A stretch of DNA of 64,000 nucleotides from Candidatus Heimdallarchaeota archaeon. GTDB taxonomy: Archaea > Asgardarchaeota > Heimdallarchaeia > JABLTI01. The position numbers and the translations under genes are program-made. The DNA is taken from positions 96,001-160,000 of the forward strand of contig JABCTZ010000032.1 in the NCBI GenBank assembly GCA_018238155.1, in the 5' to 3' direction. Of this stretch, positions 45,637 to 56,206 are shown in pieces; position 1 is the first letter of the stretch, and the number at the start of each line of letters is the position of its first letter. A model generated the notes under the pieces. That model was not told where the DNA came from and did not search any database. It worked only from the letters and a program-made list of their open reading frames with translations.

Positions 45637-46417
45637 TATTAATTACAACACCTTTGATTAATTGTTCTTTTAGAAACTATTCTTTCTTGTATTAGCTAGA
45701 ATCTTGAAAATACACACAAAAGATGCTATAAACATTTCACACACCGTGAAATATTCACTCTTCTTCTATATGATTCGTTTCTAGATGTAATTATAATACA
45801 TGATGTGGTATTTATTCCTTTTCAAAAGAAAAAAAGTATTATCTTCTCATTTAAATAGGGATATCAATAAAAAAATTGATAATAATTCAAGAGATGCAAC
45901 TATGCCAAAAACAGCTGAAATGAAATTTGATTTCTTTGCTTTGTTAATTTTTTCTTGAGATAAAACATTTGTTTATTATATTAAAAAACTTCAATATCCC
46001 TTTTCTTAATACCATTGATTTCTCTTCACTGATTTCTTTAAATCTAGCTAATTACTGGTTCAATAATGCAAAAATTTCATTTTTTTGTTTCAAAACTGTG
46101 TGGAAATATAGGCTTCTTAATTAGTTGTTTCTTAAAACATGTGGGATTGTTTCAATTTCCACCAACTATATCTGTAACACTTAATTTGATTGAATTAAGA
46201 TTCCTAATTATTTTTAATTCAATAAAGAAAATGATATAGTAAATTACAACAAACACTATATTTCTCCAAATTACTAAGGAATTTCTTTGTTGTTCTAATT
46301 TCTGGCATCTGTTTTATTGACTTTCTGAAAGTCAATGCAATTTAAATCCATTATATCATCTATAATCTCTGCGTAGTGCAGAATAATTTTTAGATTAGTT
46401 TGTCTTAGAATTTTGTT

Positions 46418-47995
46418 GTGATTAAAATGAAAAACAAGAGAAAAGATAGTTTGATTTATTTGATTTTTTTATTGGGAGTATTAATTTTTTCAATATACTC
46501 ACTAAACAATGTCCAAAGTAAAGGAATAGATCAAAATAACGATTTTATCTATAGGATAGCATCTGATGTTGAACCAAACAATAATTTTACTCAAGCTTAC
46601 GAAGTATATAATTATGATAATTGGACTGGAACATTTGATGAACATGGATCTGATCCATGTGATTATTATAAGATATATCTACAAAATTCCGACATTCTAA
46701 CTATAAAATTGAACATTTATCCTGATTTTGAATTTTATTTCCAAGTTTATAATACAACCTTTCAAGTAATTTTTCATACTTCGGATTATCAAGATAGTTC
46801 ATATGAGATAGATATTACCGCAAATACTACAGGATACTACTATTTTAGTGTGAGTGGTTATAGTACATCTTATAATTTTGAGGTTTTAAGAACAAATGGA
46901 AGTGGGGGGAATCCTGGAGAAGACGAATTAGAACCAAATGATGATTTTGGAAGTGCTACTCCACTCACTTTAGATGGAGATGGAAACCCTATAGACCAAT
47001 TAACTATTGATCCTGCAGGTGAAGTGGATTTTTATTCAATTGACCTGGATCAAGGGGATGACATTAACATTCTATTATGGAATCTCCCTGCAAATTATGA
47101 TCTCGCTCTATTTTATCCTAATCAAACGCTTGTAAGTGAATCTACCAATACAGGCACAACAGATGATGAAATTGATTATGAAAATGCAGAAGTATCTGGG
47201 GCTTACTATATTCGCGTTTCAGATTCAGATTATTATGCAGGAGTATATAATCTTAGAATTTTGTTGGAAGAATATACACCACCAAATAATGATTTTGAAA
47301 GTGCTGCTCCTCTCACTTTGGATGATGATGGAAAAACAACAGAACAACTAACAATTGATCCTGCAGGTGAAGTGGACTTTTATTCAATTGATTTGAATCA
47401 ACGAGATGATATTGAAATTTTGCTATGGAATCTACCTGCAAATTACGATTTAGCTCTATTTTATCCTAATCAAACACTTGTACATGAATCAACCAATACA
47501 GGCACAACAGATGATGAAATTGATTATGAAAATGCAGAAATATCTGGAACTTACTATATTTGCGTTTCAGACTTAGATAATTATGTCGGAGTATATAATC
47601 TAACGATATGGTTGAAATCAAATATATCACCAAATGCAAATTTCACAGTTAATTCAACTATCATAGATCAAGGAGAATGGGTTTTCTGCACTTTCATAGG
47701 CGCTCTGGGAGATCTTCCAACCGAATACCTTTGGAATTTTGGTGATGGTACAGTAAACATAACGACTCAAAATTCTACACATCAATATTTGAGTTTTGGG
47801 GAATTTAAAATCACTTTAATAATTACTGACTCAGATGGTGAAACCTCAACCTTTGTAAAAACAGTAATTGTTAGAAGTTCAAGTAGAACAAGTGGATATT
47901 CCTCTATTTTTGGTTTATCCTTAACCGTTGGTTTCATATATATTCTATTTATGTTTGTAAAAAAGGAACGGGATGGTTTACGAAAAAAAAACTAA
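46418..47995 (+). CDS. Cell-surface glycoprotein: signal peptide, 3 PPC-like domains, PKD domain, C-terminal TM anchor
   Basis: EPN(N/D)xF repeats, D(Y/F)Y, WNFGDG (PKD), many N-x-S/T sequons, and SGY-hydrophobic-basic tail. Confidence 0.8.
   Translation: MIKMKNKRKDSLIYLIFLLGVLIFSIYSLNNVQSKGIDQNNDFIYRIASDVEPNNNFTQAYEVYNYDNWTGTFDEHGSDPCDYYKIYLQNSDILTIKLNIYPDFEFYFQVYNTTFQVIFHTSDYQDSSYEIDITANTTGYYYFSVSGYSTSYNFEVLRTNGSGGNPGEDELEPNDDFGSATPLTLDGDGNPIDQLTIDPAGEVDFYSIDLDQGDDINILLWNLPANYDLALFYPNQTLVSESTNTGTTDDEIDYENAEVSGAYYIRVSDSDYYAGVYNLRILLEEYTPPNNDFESAAPLTLDDDGKTTEQLTIDPAGEVDFYSIDLNQRDDIEILLWNLPANYDLALFYPNQTLVHESTNTGTTDDEIDYENAEISGTYYICVSDLDNYVGVYNLTIWLKSNISPNANFTVNSTIIDQGEWVFCTFIGALGDLPTEYLWNFGDGTVNITTQNSTHQYLSFGEFKITLIITDSDGETSTFVKTVIVRSSSRTSGYSSIFGLSLTVGFIYILFMFVKKERDGLRKKN
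46934..47605 (+). repeat. Intragenic tandem duplication, period 348 bp (116 aa)
   Basis: Copies start at 46934 and 47282; for example ATTGATCCTGCAGGTGAAGTGGA occurs at 47006 and 47354. Confidence 0.9.
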
Positions 47996-48227
47996 AACCT
48001 ATTGATTCCTAAACCAATCTGACGGTTGATTACAGAATATCTGAAAATGAAGCCGTTTTGATTTTTTTTTGAAACATATGAAATACTCAGGCAGATAAAG
48101 AAAATATTGTAACATCCAGTATTTTTAAATGAACTCAATATTTAATTATTAATGAATTTTAATAAGTTAGTTTCTAAATAAGTTACCAAACGCACAAAAA
48201 GTGGGAAATAATCAGGTGTAGAAATCC

Positions 48228-49784
48228 TTGTCACAGTCATCTCGAGAGGTAAAAAAAAGGCTCTTTGAATTTGCTAAAAAAGAATTTTCAACTAAATCAC
48301 CCTTATATGTTGAAGTTCGAAAAGCTAAAGGGGCAAAAACATTCTATAAAGGTCCAGTTCCACAACTCATTTTAACAAAACATAAAGCAATTCTCTTCAC
48401 AGTGTTTGCAGATTATGATTCTCTCTCCCGTTTATATTATTTCAACAGAGATGGCTATTGTATCAAGGATACAAGTTACTCAATGGATAATATCATTAAG
48501 ATAAAGAACCACCTCAAGAAAACAACTACTCGTGTTTTAAGATATCCAAAACAAGAAATAATCCATTCCAAAAGTGAAATCTCTGTTGAGCTAGATAAGA
48601 AATTTGCAAATATTATTGAGAAGATAGAAAAAATAATCAAAAAAAGATTTGAGAGCAGGTCTATTATTACTATTAATGATAATCTTGAATCCCAAACATT
48701 TGGAAAGACATTTGATGTATTGAATGTGAGGGATAGTTTCTTAGAATTACCATTTGGTGCAGAAAAGGAACCCAATATAGGCATTATTCTTGTTTATGAA
48801 GCTTTTAAATTAACTATAGATAGTAAACTACAGTATCCACTTTTATCAAAAGAATTAGCTAAAATAGGAACACTGCTATTTTTAGATGAAAAAGAATTAC
48901 TAGAAAGAGCAATTACAATGAGTGCAATTAATTCTTTTAAATTTGAATCTTTTACACAAAAGTTGTCAAGTAAATTCGTAGAAATAGCTATTTTATTTGA
49001 TCTCGTTGAACTGATAAAAGATTTCACTGATTACAAATTACTTATTCAATCTAGTGATGCTGCTGTCATGTTTATTGAGAGCTTAATAGCCAATCTATTC
49101 TCAAATTCCGATAGCAAATATCGTTTAGCAACATTCATCTATAAATCGATACAAGAAGATATTATTTCAAAGTCTAATGAACAATTTATCGATTTGGCTC
49201 TTGCCGTTTGTTGCTTAGTAGAGAATTTATCTGAAACAACAGACAAGATGGTTTCTCTAAGAATATCCATTGATAAGAAATTTAAAACTAAAGCAAAGGG
49301 TGAGATAGTTGCAGAACTAATAGATTCAATATATAATAATCAAGTTAGAAACGTTGCTGAAAAATGGCAAGCGGTATATAGTCTCTTCTCATCAAAAACG
49401 GATGATTTAATGGATTTAGTTATTGAGAATATGTTCAAGAAAGCGATTTCAATTGACACTGAATATACAACCGAACACTTGGAAAAACATGGGGATATTA
49501 TTTTAACTTTCAAAAATAATTCAGATACGAATCTTGGAACTTTCACAGTAAGTGAGCTTCATTGGACGCCAAGAGAGTCAATGGAAATAATAGGTGTGAA
49601 AAGAAGATTAAAACGCGCAATACTGGAAATTGGCGAAGAAGTGGAATTAAGGATTCCTTTTATACCCAAAAATAGCGGTACAATAAATTTCACGAATTTG
49701 GATGTAAGATTCAATGATCACTCAAGTTTGAAGCATTATATACGTATATCTCTGCCACCTTTAAAAATAAAAAAAAACAGCTAA
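48228..49784 (+). CDS. Hypothetical cytoplasmic protein, helical middle with a C-terminal Ig-like beta-sandwich
   Basis: 518-aa ORF without a signal peptide; C-terminal LTFKNNS...LEIGEE...PKNSG.INF pattern. Confidence 0.55.
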   Translation: MSQSSREVKKRLFEFAKKEFSTKSPLYVEVRKAKGAKTFYKGPVPQLILTKHKAILFTVFADYDSLSRLYYFNRDGYCIKDTSYSMDNIIKIKNHLKKTTTRVLRYPKQEIIHSKSEISVELDKKFANIIEKIEKIIKKRFESRSIITINDNLESQTFGKTFDVLNVRDSFLELPFGAEKEPNIGIILVYEAFKLTIDSKLQYPLLSKELAKIGTLLFLDEKELLERAITMSAINSFKFESFTQKLSSKFVEIAILFDLVELIKDFTDYKLLIQSSDAAVMFIESLIANLFSNSDSKYRLATFIYKSIQEDIISKSNEQFIDLALAVCCLVENLSETTDKMVSLRISIDKKFKTKAKGEIVAELIDSIYNNQVRNVAEKWQAVYSLFSSKTDDLMDLVIENMFKKAISIDTEYTTEHLEKHGDIILTFKNNSDTNLGTFTVSELHWTPRESMEIIGVKRRLKRAILEIGEEVELRIPFIPKNSGTINFTNLDVRFNDHSSLKHYIRISLPPLKIKKNS

Positions 49785-49798
49785 TTTTCTAAATTAGC

Positions 49799-51001
49799 TT
49801 AATAGAGCTCGTATGATCTATTCAAGAATCCTTTCCAAATAGTTGGCATTTTATTTAACTGCTCTTGAACAATTTCTTCAATTCTTCGTTTAGTTTTGCT
49901 ATCAGAATCATTACCTACGATAGCAAGCTCTATAATTTGTGGTTCGGTAATTTTCTTACCAATTTTACTTACAAGATAACAGTCCACACTTTCAACACCT
50001 AATTCATGGACAACCTGTTCAGAAATGTTTCTTGCTGCAATATTATATGTTTTACCAACATGACTTACGGGATTTTTACCTGCAGCTGCTTCCAAGGTCA
50101 TAGGTCGATAAGGAGTTATTAATCCATTTGTTCTATTACCACGACCAACTTGACCATCATCTCCTTGCTCTGCTGAGGTACCTGTAACAGTCAAGTATAA
50201 ACAGTCTTCTTTATCAGCAACATCTGCTACATTAACATCAACGGAAAGATCGCCGCCCCAAACCTTTGAAGAGAGATCACGAATTAACTCCTTGACATCT
50301 TCTTTTGTTTGCCAATAGTGATCAGTATCTACAAGCTCTGTACAAATCATTGCACAAGCAATTGTTAAGTCAATTTTCTTACCGTTTCTAACGCCCATTA
50401 CTTTGATATCTTGACCAATTGCCGGGAATTTTTTCTTGGTTTCAGGATCATTAAGCATCAATTCTGATTTGTAAGTCAATTCTTCAACTTTAGTAAAAGG
50501 TGCAAATCCAATTCCAATGGAAGTATCATTAGCTCGAGGTATTTCAGAATCCTCATCAAAATTACCAACTAAATCTGTACTTCCTGATCTAATCTTATAA
50601 TCAATAATTATATCATGCTCAATGTTAAGATGAGGTAAATCTTTTTTGAGCCAATTCTTTGTTGTTTCAATAACCAATTTACCAATTGGTAGGTATTTAT
50701 TGTTAATTCTTGTATTAACACCTACAGCTCTACCAACGAGAAGAAGATAAATTGGTTCTAGAACTGCTCCATGACCAATTCTTGCTTCAGATTGTCCACC
50801 ACATAATATTGCTTTGTCAACATTGTGGTGTTGTATACCACCTAAATTTTCGACATACCATTTGCTTAAAGCAATGCTTAATTCTTCAGATGCTTTATCG
50901 CACAAAAAATCAGGATGTCCTTTTCCTTTTCGTTCAACTATCTCAACAGGTAATTTTGAAGGGATAACATCGCGATTGTAACTAATAACTAAATTCTTCA
51001 T
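49799..51001 (-). CDS. mat: S-adenosylmethionine synthetase, archaeal type
   Basis: EIVERKGKGHPD, HHNVDK, ANDTS, GDDGQVGRGNR and GKNPVSHVGK. Confidence 0.95.
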   Translation of the reverse strand: MKNLVISYNRDVIPSKLPVEIVERKGKGHPDFLCDKASEELSIALSKWYVENLGGIQHHNVDKAILCGGQSEARIGHGAVLEPIYLLLVGRAVGVNTRINNKYLPIGKLVIETTKNWLKKDLPHLNIEHDIIIDYKIRSGSTDLVGNFDEDSEIPRANDTSIGIGFAPFTKVEELTYKSELMLNDPETKKKFPAIGQDIKVMGVRNGKKIDLTIACAMICTELVDTDHYWQTKEDVKELIRDLSSKVWGGDLSVDVNVADVADKEDCLYLTVTGTSAEQGDDGQVGRGNRTNGLITPYRPMTLEAAAGKNPVSHVGKTYNIAARNISEQVVHELGVESVDCYLVSKIGKKITEPQIIELAIVGNDSDSKTKRRIEEIVQEQLNKMPTIWKGFLNRSYELY

Positions 51002-51166
51002 TATAAAATCAGCTTCCTTCTTAGGGATTCCTTGTAGGAAAAATTGGTATTTAAAGTCTTTTCATCATTAAGCAGTAATAAATGAAATTTTGTAGTATCT
51101 TTTTCATCAATTGCTATTTTTCCAATATATTTTTATTTTATGATTTCATAAATGTGTTAAATTCAA

Positions 51167-51961
51167 ATGAATAAGGGATTCGAGTTGACGAGAAACGAAA
51201 CAATCTATGCCTTTTGTCCAAAATGTAATGCTAATCTCGTTATAATGGATGGAATTTATGTCATCACTTGTAATGATTGTAATATAAATCTAGAATATGA
51301 TCTTGAAATGAGGAGATTGGAAATTCTTGGAAAGAAAGTTGAATTTGTATCTGGGAAGGTAATCAAAAGTACAAACATAAATTCAACATTAAGCTCACCA
51401 AGAAGATATTTTCCTTATCTTTTACTTGGAATAGTTACACTTGGAGTTGGATTAATTTTCTATATGATGATAAATTTACGTGATTTAGAAAGTCATGAGG
51501 CACATAGCGAGGAAGAAAAAGGCGCAGAGCCCCTTTTACAATCAGGAGAAGCTTTTCTAAACTTCCATCAAATCTTGCAGAATAGAGTTTTTTACAGTGT
51601 CCGGTATATGGCAATATTATGTGTTATAACAATTAGTTATGATTTAATCTCTGCTGCTGAAAGTAAATATTCCAGTCTTTATTTTCATCTGAAAGGACAA
51701 AGTAAAGAAACAGCTCCGGTTAAATCTCCTCATGCAATGATCTTTATATTTGCATTTATTCTGTATGTTATTTCAATTGCAGTAGTTTTGCCTTCTGCAA
51801 TAACAAGTCTAGTTTACTCTTTACCATCCGTTAGTTTAGTATTCTATATAATGGCTGGTGTTGCTGGAGCTTCATTTCTTGTTATCCTTATTTGTGGTGC
51901 AGTTTGGCAGAAAGCGTTTAATGAACATATAAAAGCAATGAGGAAATTAGGATTTCAATAA
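51167..51961 (+). CDS. Membrane protein with an N-terminal zinc ribbon
   Basis: CPKC...CNDC, then LLLGIVTLG and further TM helices, ending Q..FN.H. Confidence 0.6.
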   Translation: MNKGFELTRNETIYAFCPKCNANLVIMDGIYVITCNDCNINLEYDLEMRRLEILGKKVEFVSGKVIKSTNINSTLSSPRRYFPYLLLGIVTLGVGLIFYMMINLRDLESHEAHSEEEKGAEPLLQSGEAFLNFHQILQNRVFYSVRYMAILCVITISYDLISAAESKYSSLYFHLKGQSKETAPVKSPHAMIFIFAFILYVISIAVVLPSAITSLVYSLPSVSLVFYIMAGVAGASFLVILICGAVWQKAFNEHIKAMRKLGFQ

Positions 51962-51969
51962 ATCAATAA

Positions 51970-53079
51970 TTATTTTTTGTTAGATTTATTTTTCTTGTTT
52001 TTCCAAGTTTCTTTCATTTCAGAGAACATTTCCTTTTCACGTGCAGAAAGTTTGGTTGGAGTAACAACTCGAATAATGATATGCATATCTCCTTTACCAA
52101 AACCTTGGAGGTTTGGAAATCCTTTGCCCTTGAGACGATAAATTGCACCATTCTGAGTGCCTGCCTTTATACTAATTTTTGCTTTCTTACTTTTAATTAA
52201 TGTAGGGACAAAAATTGTCTCCCCTAAAGCTGCTTGTGCAATGTTAATCTTCTTTTCGAGTATTAGCTCGTTTTCCTCTCTCTGGAAGTATTTGTGTTCT
52301 TTTAGGGTAATATTTACAATTAAGTCTCCAGGAGGAGCTCCTTGAGGACCTGGTTCACCTTCACCTGAAACTCGTAATGCAAAACCACCATCAATACCTG
52401 CAGGAACTGAAACTTTGATTTTCCTAGAACGTTTTACCATTCCAGATCCTTTACATTGGCTACAAGGAGTATCAATAATCTGTCCAGCACCTCGACATTG
52501 CCTGCAAGATGTTTCATTAACCATCATTCCGAAAGGTGTTCTCTGTTGAACCCTCTCTCTTCCAGATCCACCACAAGTACCGCATTTTCTAGGAGTTGTA
52601 CCCACAGAAGCACCGGAACCTTTGCAAAGATAACATGTAACATTCTTTTTTAATTCAATCTCTTTTTCTATTCCTGCTGCTGCTTCTTCAAAGGTAATTG
52701 GTAAGCTAATTCTAAGATTTCGACCTCTTACGGCTCTGCGTGTTCTACTTGAACGTCCGCCACCAAAGAAATCATTAAAGAGACTTCCAAAAATATCACC
52801 AACCCCTGCGCCTGCAAATGGATCACCACCAGTTCCTCCAGCAGTATGACCTAAACCACCCCACCCTAATCGATCATAAGCTGCTCTTTGGTTGGGGTCA
52901 CTTAAAACGGAATAGGATTCGGACACTTCTTTAAAGCGTTTTTCTGCACCTTCATCACCAGGATTTGCATCGGGGTGATTTTTTCGAGCAAGTTTTCTGT
53001 AGGCCTTTTTTATTTCATCTTGATTTGCGTTTCTTTGAACGCCTAAAACTTCATATGGATCTCTTTTGGAACTGCTCAT
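51970..53079 (-). CDS. dnaJ: Chaperone DnaJ (type I)
   Basis: J domain with HPD, G/F region, four CxxCxGxG repeats and C-terminal domain. Confidence 0.96.
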   Translation of the reverse strand: MSSSKRDPYEVLGVQRNANQDEIKKAYRKLARKNHPDANPGDEGAEKRFKEVSESYSVLSDPNQRAAYDRLGWGGLGHTAGGTGGDPFAGAGVGDIFGSLFNDFFGGGRSSRTRRAVRGRNLRISLPITFEEAAAGIEKEIELKKNVTCYLCKGSGASVGTTPRKCGTCGGSGRERVQQRTPFGMMVNETSCRQCRGAGQIIDTPCSQCKGSGMVKRSRKIKVSVPAGIDGGFALRVSGEGEPGPQGAPPGDLIVNITLKEHKYFQREENELILEKKINIAQAALGETIFVPTLIKSKKAKISIKAGTQNGAIYRLKGKGFPNLQGFGKGDMHIIIRVVTPTKLSAREKEMFSEMKETWKNKKNKSNKK

Positions 53080-53402
53080 TTATTAATCACCATGATTATC
53101 TGATTTTCTTTCCTATTCTTCTTACTCTTGAATAATAATTAATTTTCAATCCAGATTTTTTCACTATTTAATCATAGTGATTTTTCTTACATTTATACCT
53201 ATTTTAATTCCAAATTTATTGAATTAAAATGACTATGTTCTATTTTTAATTATTTTGAAACAATACTTTTTGATTTTTTTTAAAAAACTATCCAGAAAAA
53301 TTAATGATGGATGGTATACAAATCTATAAATAACTATTGGTGTAGTGGAAAGCAGATTTCAGAAATAATTTCTGAAAGAAATCTCGGAGAAGTCGAAAGA
53401 CA

Positions 53403-54659
53403 ATGGGTCAAACAGTAATAGAAAAAATTTTTTCCGCTCATTCTAAAGATGAGGTAGAACCAGGCAATATCATTTGGTTAGACCTCGATGTTCGGAGTGC
53501 CCGTGATTTTGCAGGAGCAAATGTTGTAGGTAATCTACGTAAAAATTACCCTGAAAAATCAAAGTTTGAGAATAAAGGGAAGACGGTCTTCACTTTTGAT
53601 TGTGTAATCCCAGCCAATAATCTTGGATACGCAGAGAATCAACAAACCATTAGAGTTTTTGCAGAAGAAGAGGATATAAAACTCTATGATTCTGAATGGG
53701 GTATTGGCTCTCATGTTCTAATTGAGGATGGATATAGTTTACCTGGAACAACAACTGTAGGCACAGATAGCCATTTGAATATTATGGGTTGTATAGGTGC
53801 TTTTGGTCAAGGAATGGGCGATCAAGATATTGCTTTTGGAATGAAAGCAGGGAAAACTTGGTTCGAAGTTCCACCAACAATGAAGGTTATTATTGAAGGC
53901 GAATTAAAAGCTCCTTGTTCTGCAAAAGATATTACTTTAGCAGTGATTCGTAAATTGACTTCCAAAGGCGCTTTAGGGAAAGCAATTGAATTTGAAGGCA
54001 AAGCTATTGATAATCTCTCTTTACCAGGTAGAATAACTCTCTCATCAATGGTTACTGAAATGGGTGGCATTGTTGGATTTATTCCACCAAGTGATGAAAT
54101 CCTAAAGTACTGTAAAGAACGCGCAAAGACAGATTTTACACCACAATATGCTGATGAGGATGCTAAATATGTTGAAGAGGTTGTTGTGGATATTTCAGAT
54201 TTACGTCCTTTAATTGCCAAACCATTTAAACCTGATAATGTAGTTGAGGTTGAATCTCTAGAAAAAGACAACATTCATGTTGATTCCGGATTCATTGGTT
54301 CTTGCACAAATGGTCGCTATGCTGATATGAAAGTAGCAGTAGATATGCTTAGAGGTAAAGAAGTAGCTCCAAAAACTGTGCTAAAAATTGTTCCGGCAAC
54401 ACGACGAGTGCTTGGTGATATGATTGCCAATAATGATATAAAAGTTCTATTTGATTCTCGAACTGTAGTAAGCAATCCTGGTTGTGCAGGATGTGCATCT
54501 GGTCAAATTGGTATGACTGGTAAAGGTGAGATTCAAGTATCAACTGGAAACCGTAACTTTAAAGGAAAACAAGGTTCGGGAATGACCTATCTCTGTAGTC
54601 CAGAAACTGTGACTGCTTCATCAATTGCTGGAAAAATAATCAGCCCAGATAATCTTTAG
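53403..54659 (+). CDS. LeuC/HacA-family Fe-S hydro-lyase large subunit (atypical motifs)
   Basis: GTDSH, EMGG, FIGSCTNG, PGCAGC and STGNRNF.G. Confidence 0.85.
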   Translation: MGQTVIEKIFSAHSKDEVEPGNIIWLDLDVRSARDFAGANVVGNLRKNYPEKSKFENKGKTVFTFDCVIPANNLGYAENQQTIRVFAEEEDIKLYDSEWGIGSHVLIEDGYSLPGTTTVGTDSHLNIMGCIGAFGQGMGDQDIAFGMKAGKTWFEVPPTMKVIIEGELKAPCSAKDITLAVIRKLTSKGALGKAIEFEGKAIDNLSLPGRITLSSMVTEMGGIVGFIPPSDEILKYCKERAKTDFTPQYADEDAKYVEEVVVDISDLRPLIAKPFKPDNVVEVESLEKDNIHVDSGFIGSCTNGRYADMKVAVDMLRGKEVAPKTVLKIVPATRRVLGDMIANNDIKVLFDSRTVVSNPGCAGCASGQIGMTGKGEIQVSTGNRNFKGKQGSGMTYLCSPETVTASSIAGKIISPDNL

Positions 54660-54671
54660 GAGGAAAAATAA

Positions 54672-55202
54672 ATGGTAAAACCAATTATACTCAAAGGAAG
54701 GGCAGTAGTAATACGCGAAACTAGCGGAGAACCTATCGATGATGTTGATACGGATATGATTTTTCACAACAAGTATCTTCATATCATTGATATAAACGAA
54801 ATGGGTCAATATGCACTTGACAACCTTGATGGGTGGAAGGATTTTGCAAAAACAACTAAAAAAGGTGATATAGTATTCTTTGGAGCCAATTTTGGTTCTG
54901 GTTCTTCCCGCCAACAAGCAGTTGATTGCTTTACAGCACTTGGTGTTCAAGCTCTAGTTGCGAAATCTTATGGTGCAATCTATAAGAGAAATGCTATCAA
55001 TGCCGGTTTGCCCATACTTCAATCTGATATTATTGATGACAAATCAATAATTGAAACTGGTGATGAAGTTGAAGTAAATCTAGAAACTGGGATGATAAAA
55101 AATCTTACAAAGAAGAAAGAGCATTCCAATAAAGGTATGTCTAAAGTACAAATGGATATCTACAAAGCAGGCGATCTCTTTGCGTATGCAAAGAATCTAT
55201 AA
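54672..55202 (+). CDS. LeuD/HacB-family hydro-lyase small subunit
   Basis: DDVDTDMI, NFGSGSSR and IY.RNAINAG. Confidence 0.85.
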   Translation: MVKPIILKGRAVVIRETSGEPIDDVDTDMIFHNKYLHIIDINEMGQYALDNLDGWKDFAKTTKKGDIVFFGANFGSGSSRQQAVDCFTALGVQALVAKSYGAIYKRNAINAGLPILQSDIIDDKSIIETGDEVEVNLETGMIKNLTKKKEHSNKGMSKVQMDIYKAGDLFAYAKNL

Positions 55203-55296
55203 CCTGTTTTTTTTTTCCTCTTTCATTTTACTTATAACTAATTAGCACAATCATTATAGTAATGAATTACTATTTGTTTCTAAAGGTGTTTAGTGA

Positions 55297-55626
55297 ATGT
55301 CCGAATTAGATAAGAAGTTACAAATAATTGAAGATAGAATGAAAGAGCAACTTTCTTCATCAAAAGACGCAAAATTGATACGAACTTTGATGGAAACACT
55401 CATAGATATTCGCGAAGCATTTGAGGAGTTTAATCGCTTCTTCAAGATTGACATTAACTTAGAGGAATTAGAGAATTTTAAACCACGAGAAGTTCAACAT
55501 TCTGGTGAGTGGGCAGATTCACTAATTAAGATTTGTGAAGTATTAATTGATCTATACGATAAAATCGACAAAGTTGATCTTGCTAAAAAATGGCAGAAAC
55601 GACTCGAGGAACTTAAAAATATCTAA
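55297..55626 (+). CDS. Hypothetical helical protein
   Basis: 109-aa ORF with upstream AAGGTG and amphipathic helical composition. Confidence 0.55.
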   Translation: MSELDKKLQIIEDRMKEQLSSSKDAKLIRTLMETLIDIREAFEEFNRFFKIDINLEELENFKPREVQHSGEWADSLIKICEVLIDLYDKIDKVDLAKKWQKRLEELKNI

Positions 55627-55648
55627 TAGTGAAAAGTTTTTTTACCTT

Positions 55649-56128
55649 TCACTCTTCTTTCTGTTCTTCTAGTGAGTCGTCAATTTCTTTATCACTAAAG
55701 ATAACTTCTTGCTGTGTTTCTTCCTCTTCTTTTTTTGAAAGGGGTTGTTTTTCGTTTACGTCTTCTACAGGAGTTCTCATCCATCCAAAATAAATACCTA
55801 AACCAAGGAAAAGCAAATCACAAACTAACATTAATGTAAGCACAAGTGAATATTCAAGAACAACTTTATTGGCAAGTGGGTCTGGTCTATCAAAAGGGAA
55901 AATACCGATAAAACCACTAATAACAATATATGCCAATAAACCCGCAAATAGGAACATGAATGCGAATCCCCATTTATTGATGTTGATTGCCAGATCGATT
56001 TCTTCTTTTGATTTTTTTACACGGGATGATACATTGGTAATTGTTGCTTGCTCTTTATTGTCTTCTTGGTCTGGTTTACCTGTTTCTCGAATGATTATTT
56101 CCTCCTTAGATATTTTGATAACTATCAC
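55649..56128 (-). CDS. Two-TM membrane protein with charged termini
   Basis: Two hydrophobic segments and an acidic tail. Confidence 0.55.
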   Translation of the reverse strand: MIVIKISKEEIIIRETGKPDQEDNKEQATITNVSSRVKKSKEEIDLAININKWGFAFMFLFAGLLAYIVISGFIGIFPFDRPDPLANKVVLEYSLVLTLMLVCDLLFLGLGIYFGWMRTPVEDVNEKQPLSKKEEEETQQEVIFSDKEIDDSLEEQKEE

Positions 56129-56206
56129 TTGTAACTTTATGATTTAAAATTTAGCTTTATTTAACTATATTTTTAACTTCAAAGTTAGAATAAGCTTAAG
56201 GAAAAA

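Noticed and set aside
46934-47605. Duplicated segment as a DGR template/variable repeat or CRISPR array
   Set aside because: Both copies are in-frame domains of one gene, the differences are not adenine-specific, and there is no reverse transcriptase or spacer pattern.
45781-48119. Possible terminal inverted repeats (ctagatgt.../...acatccag) around the surface-protein gene
   Set aside because: The match is short and imperfect in AT-rich DNA, with no transposase or target-site duplication.
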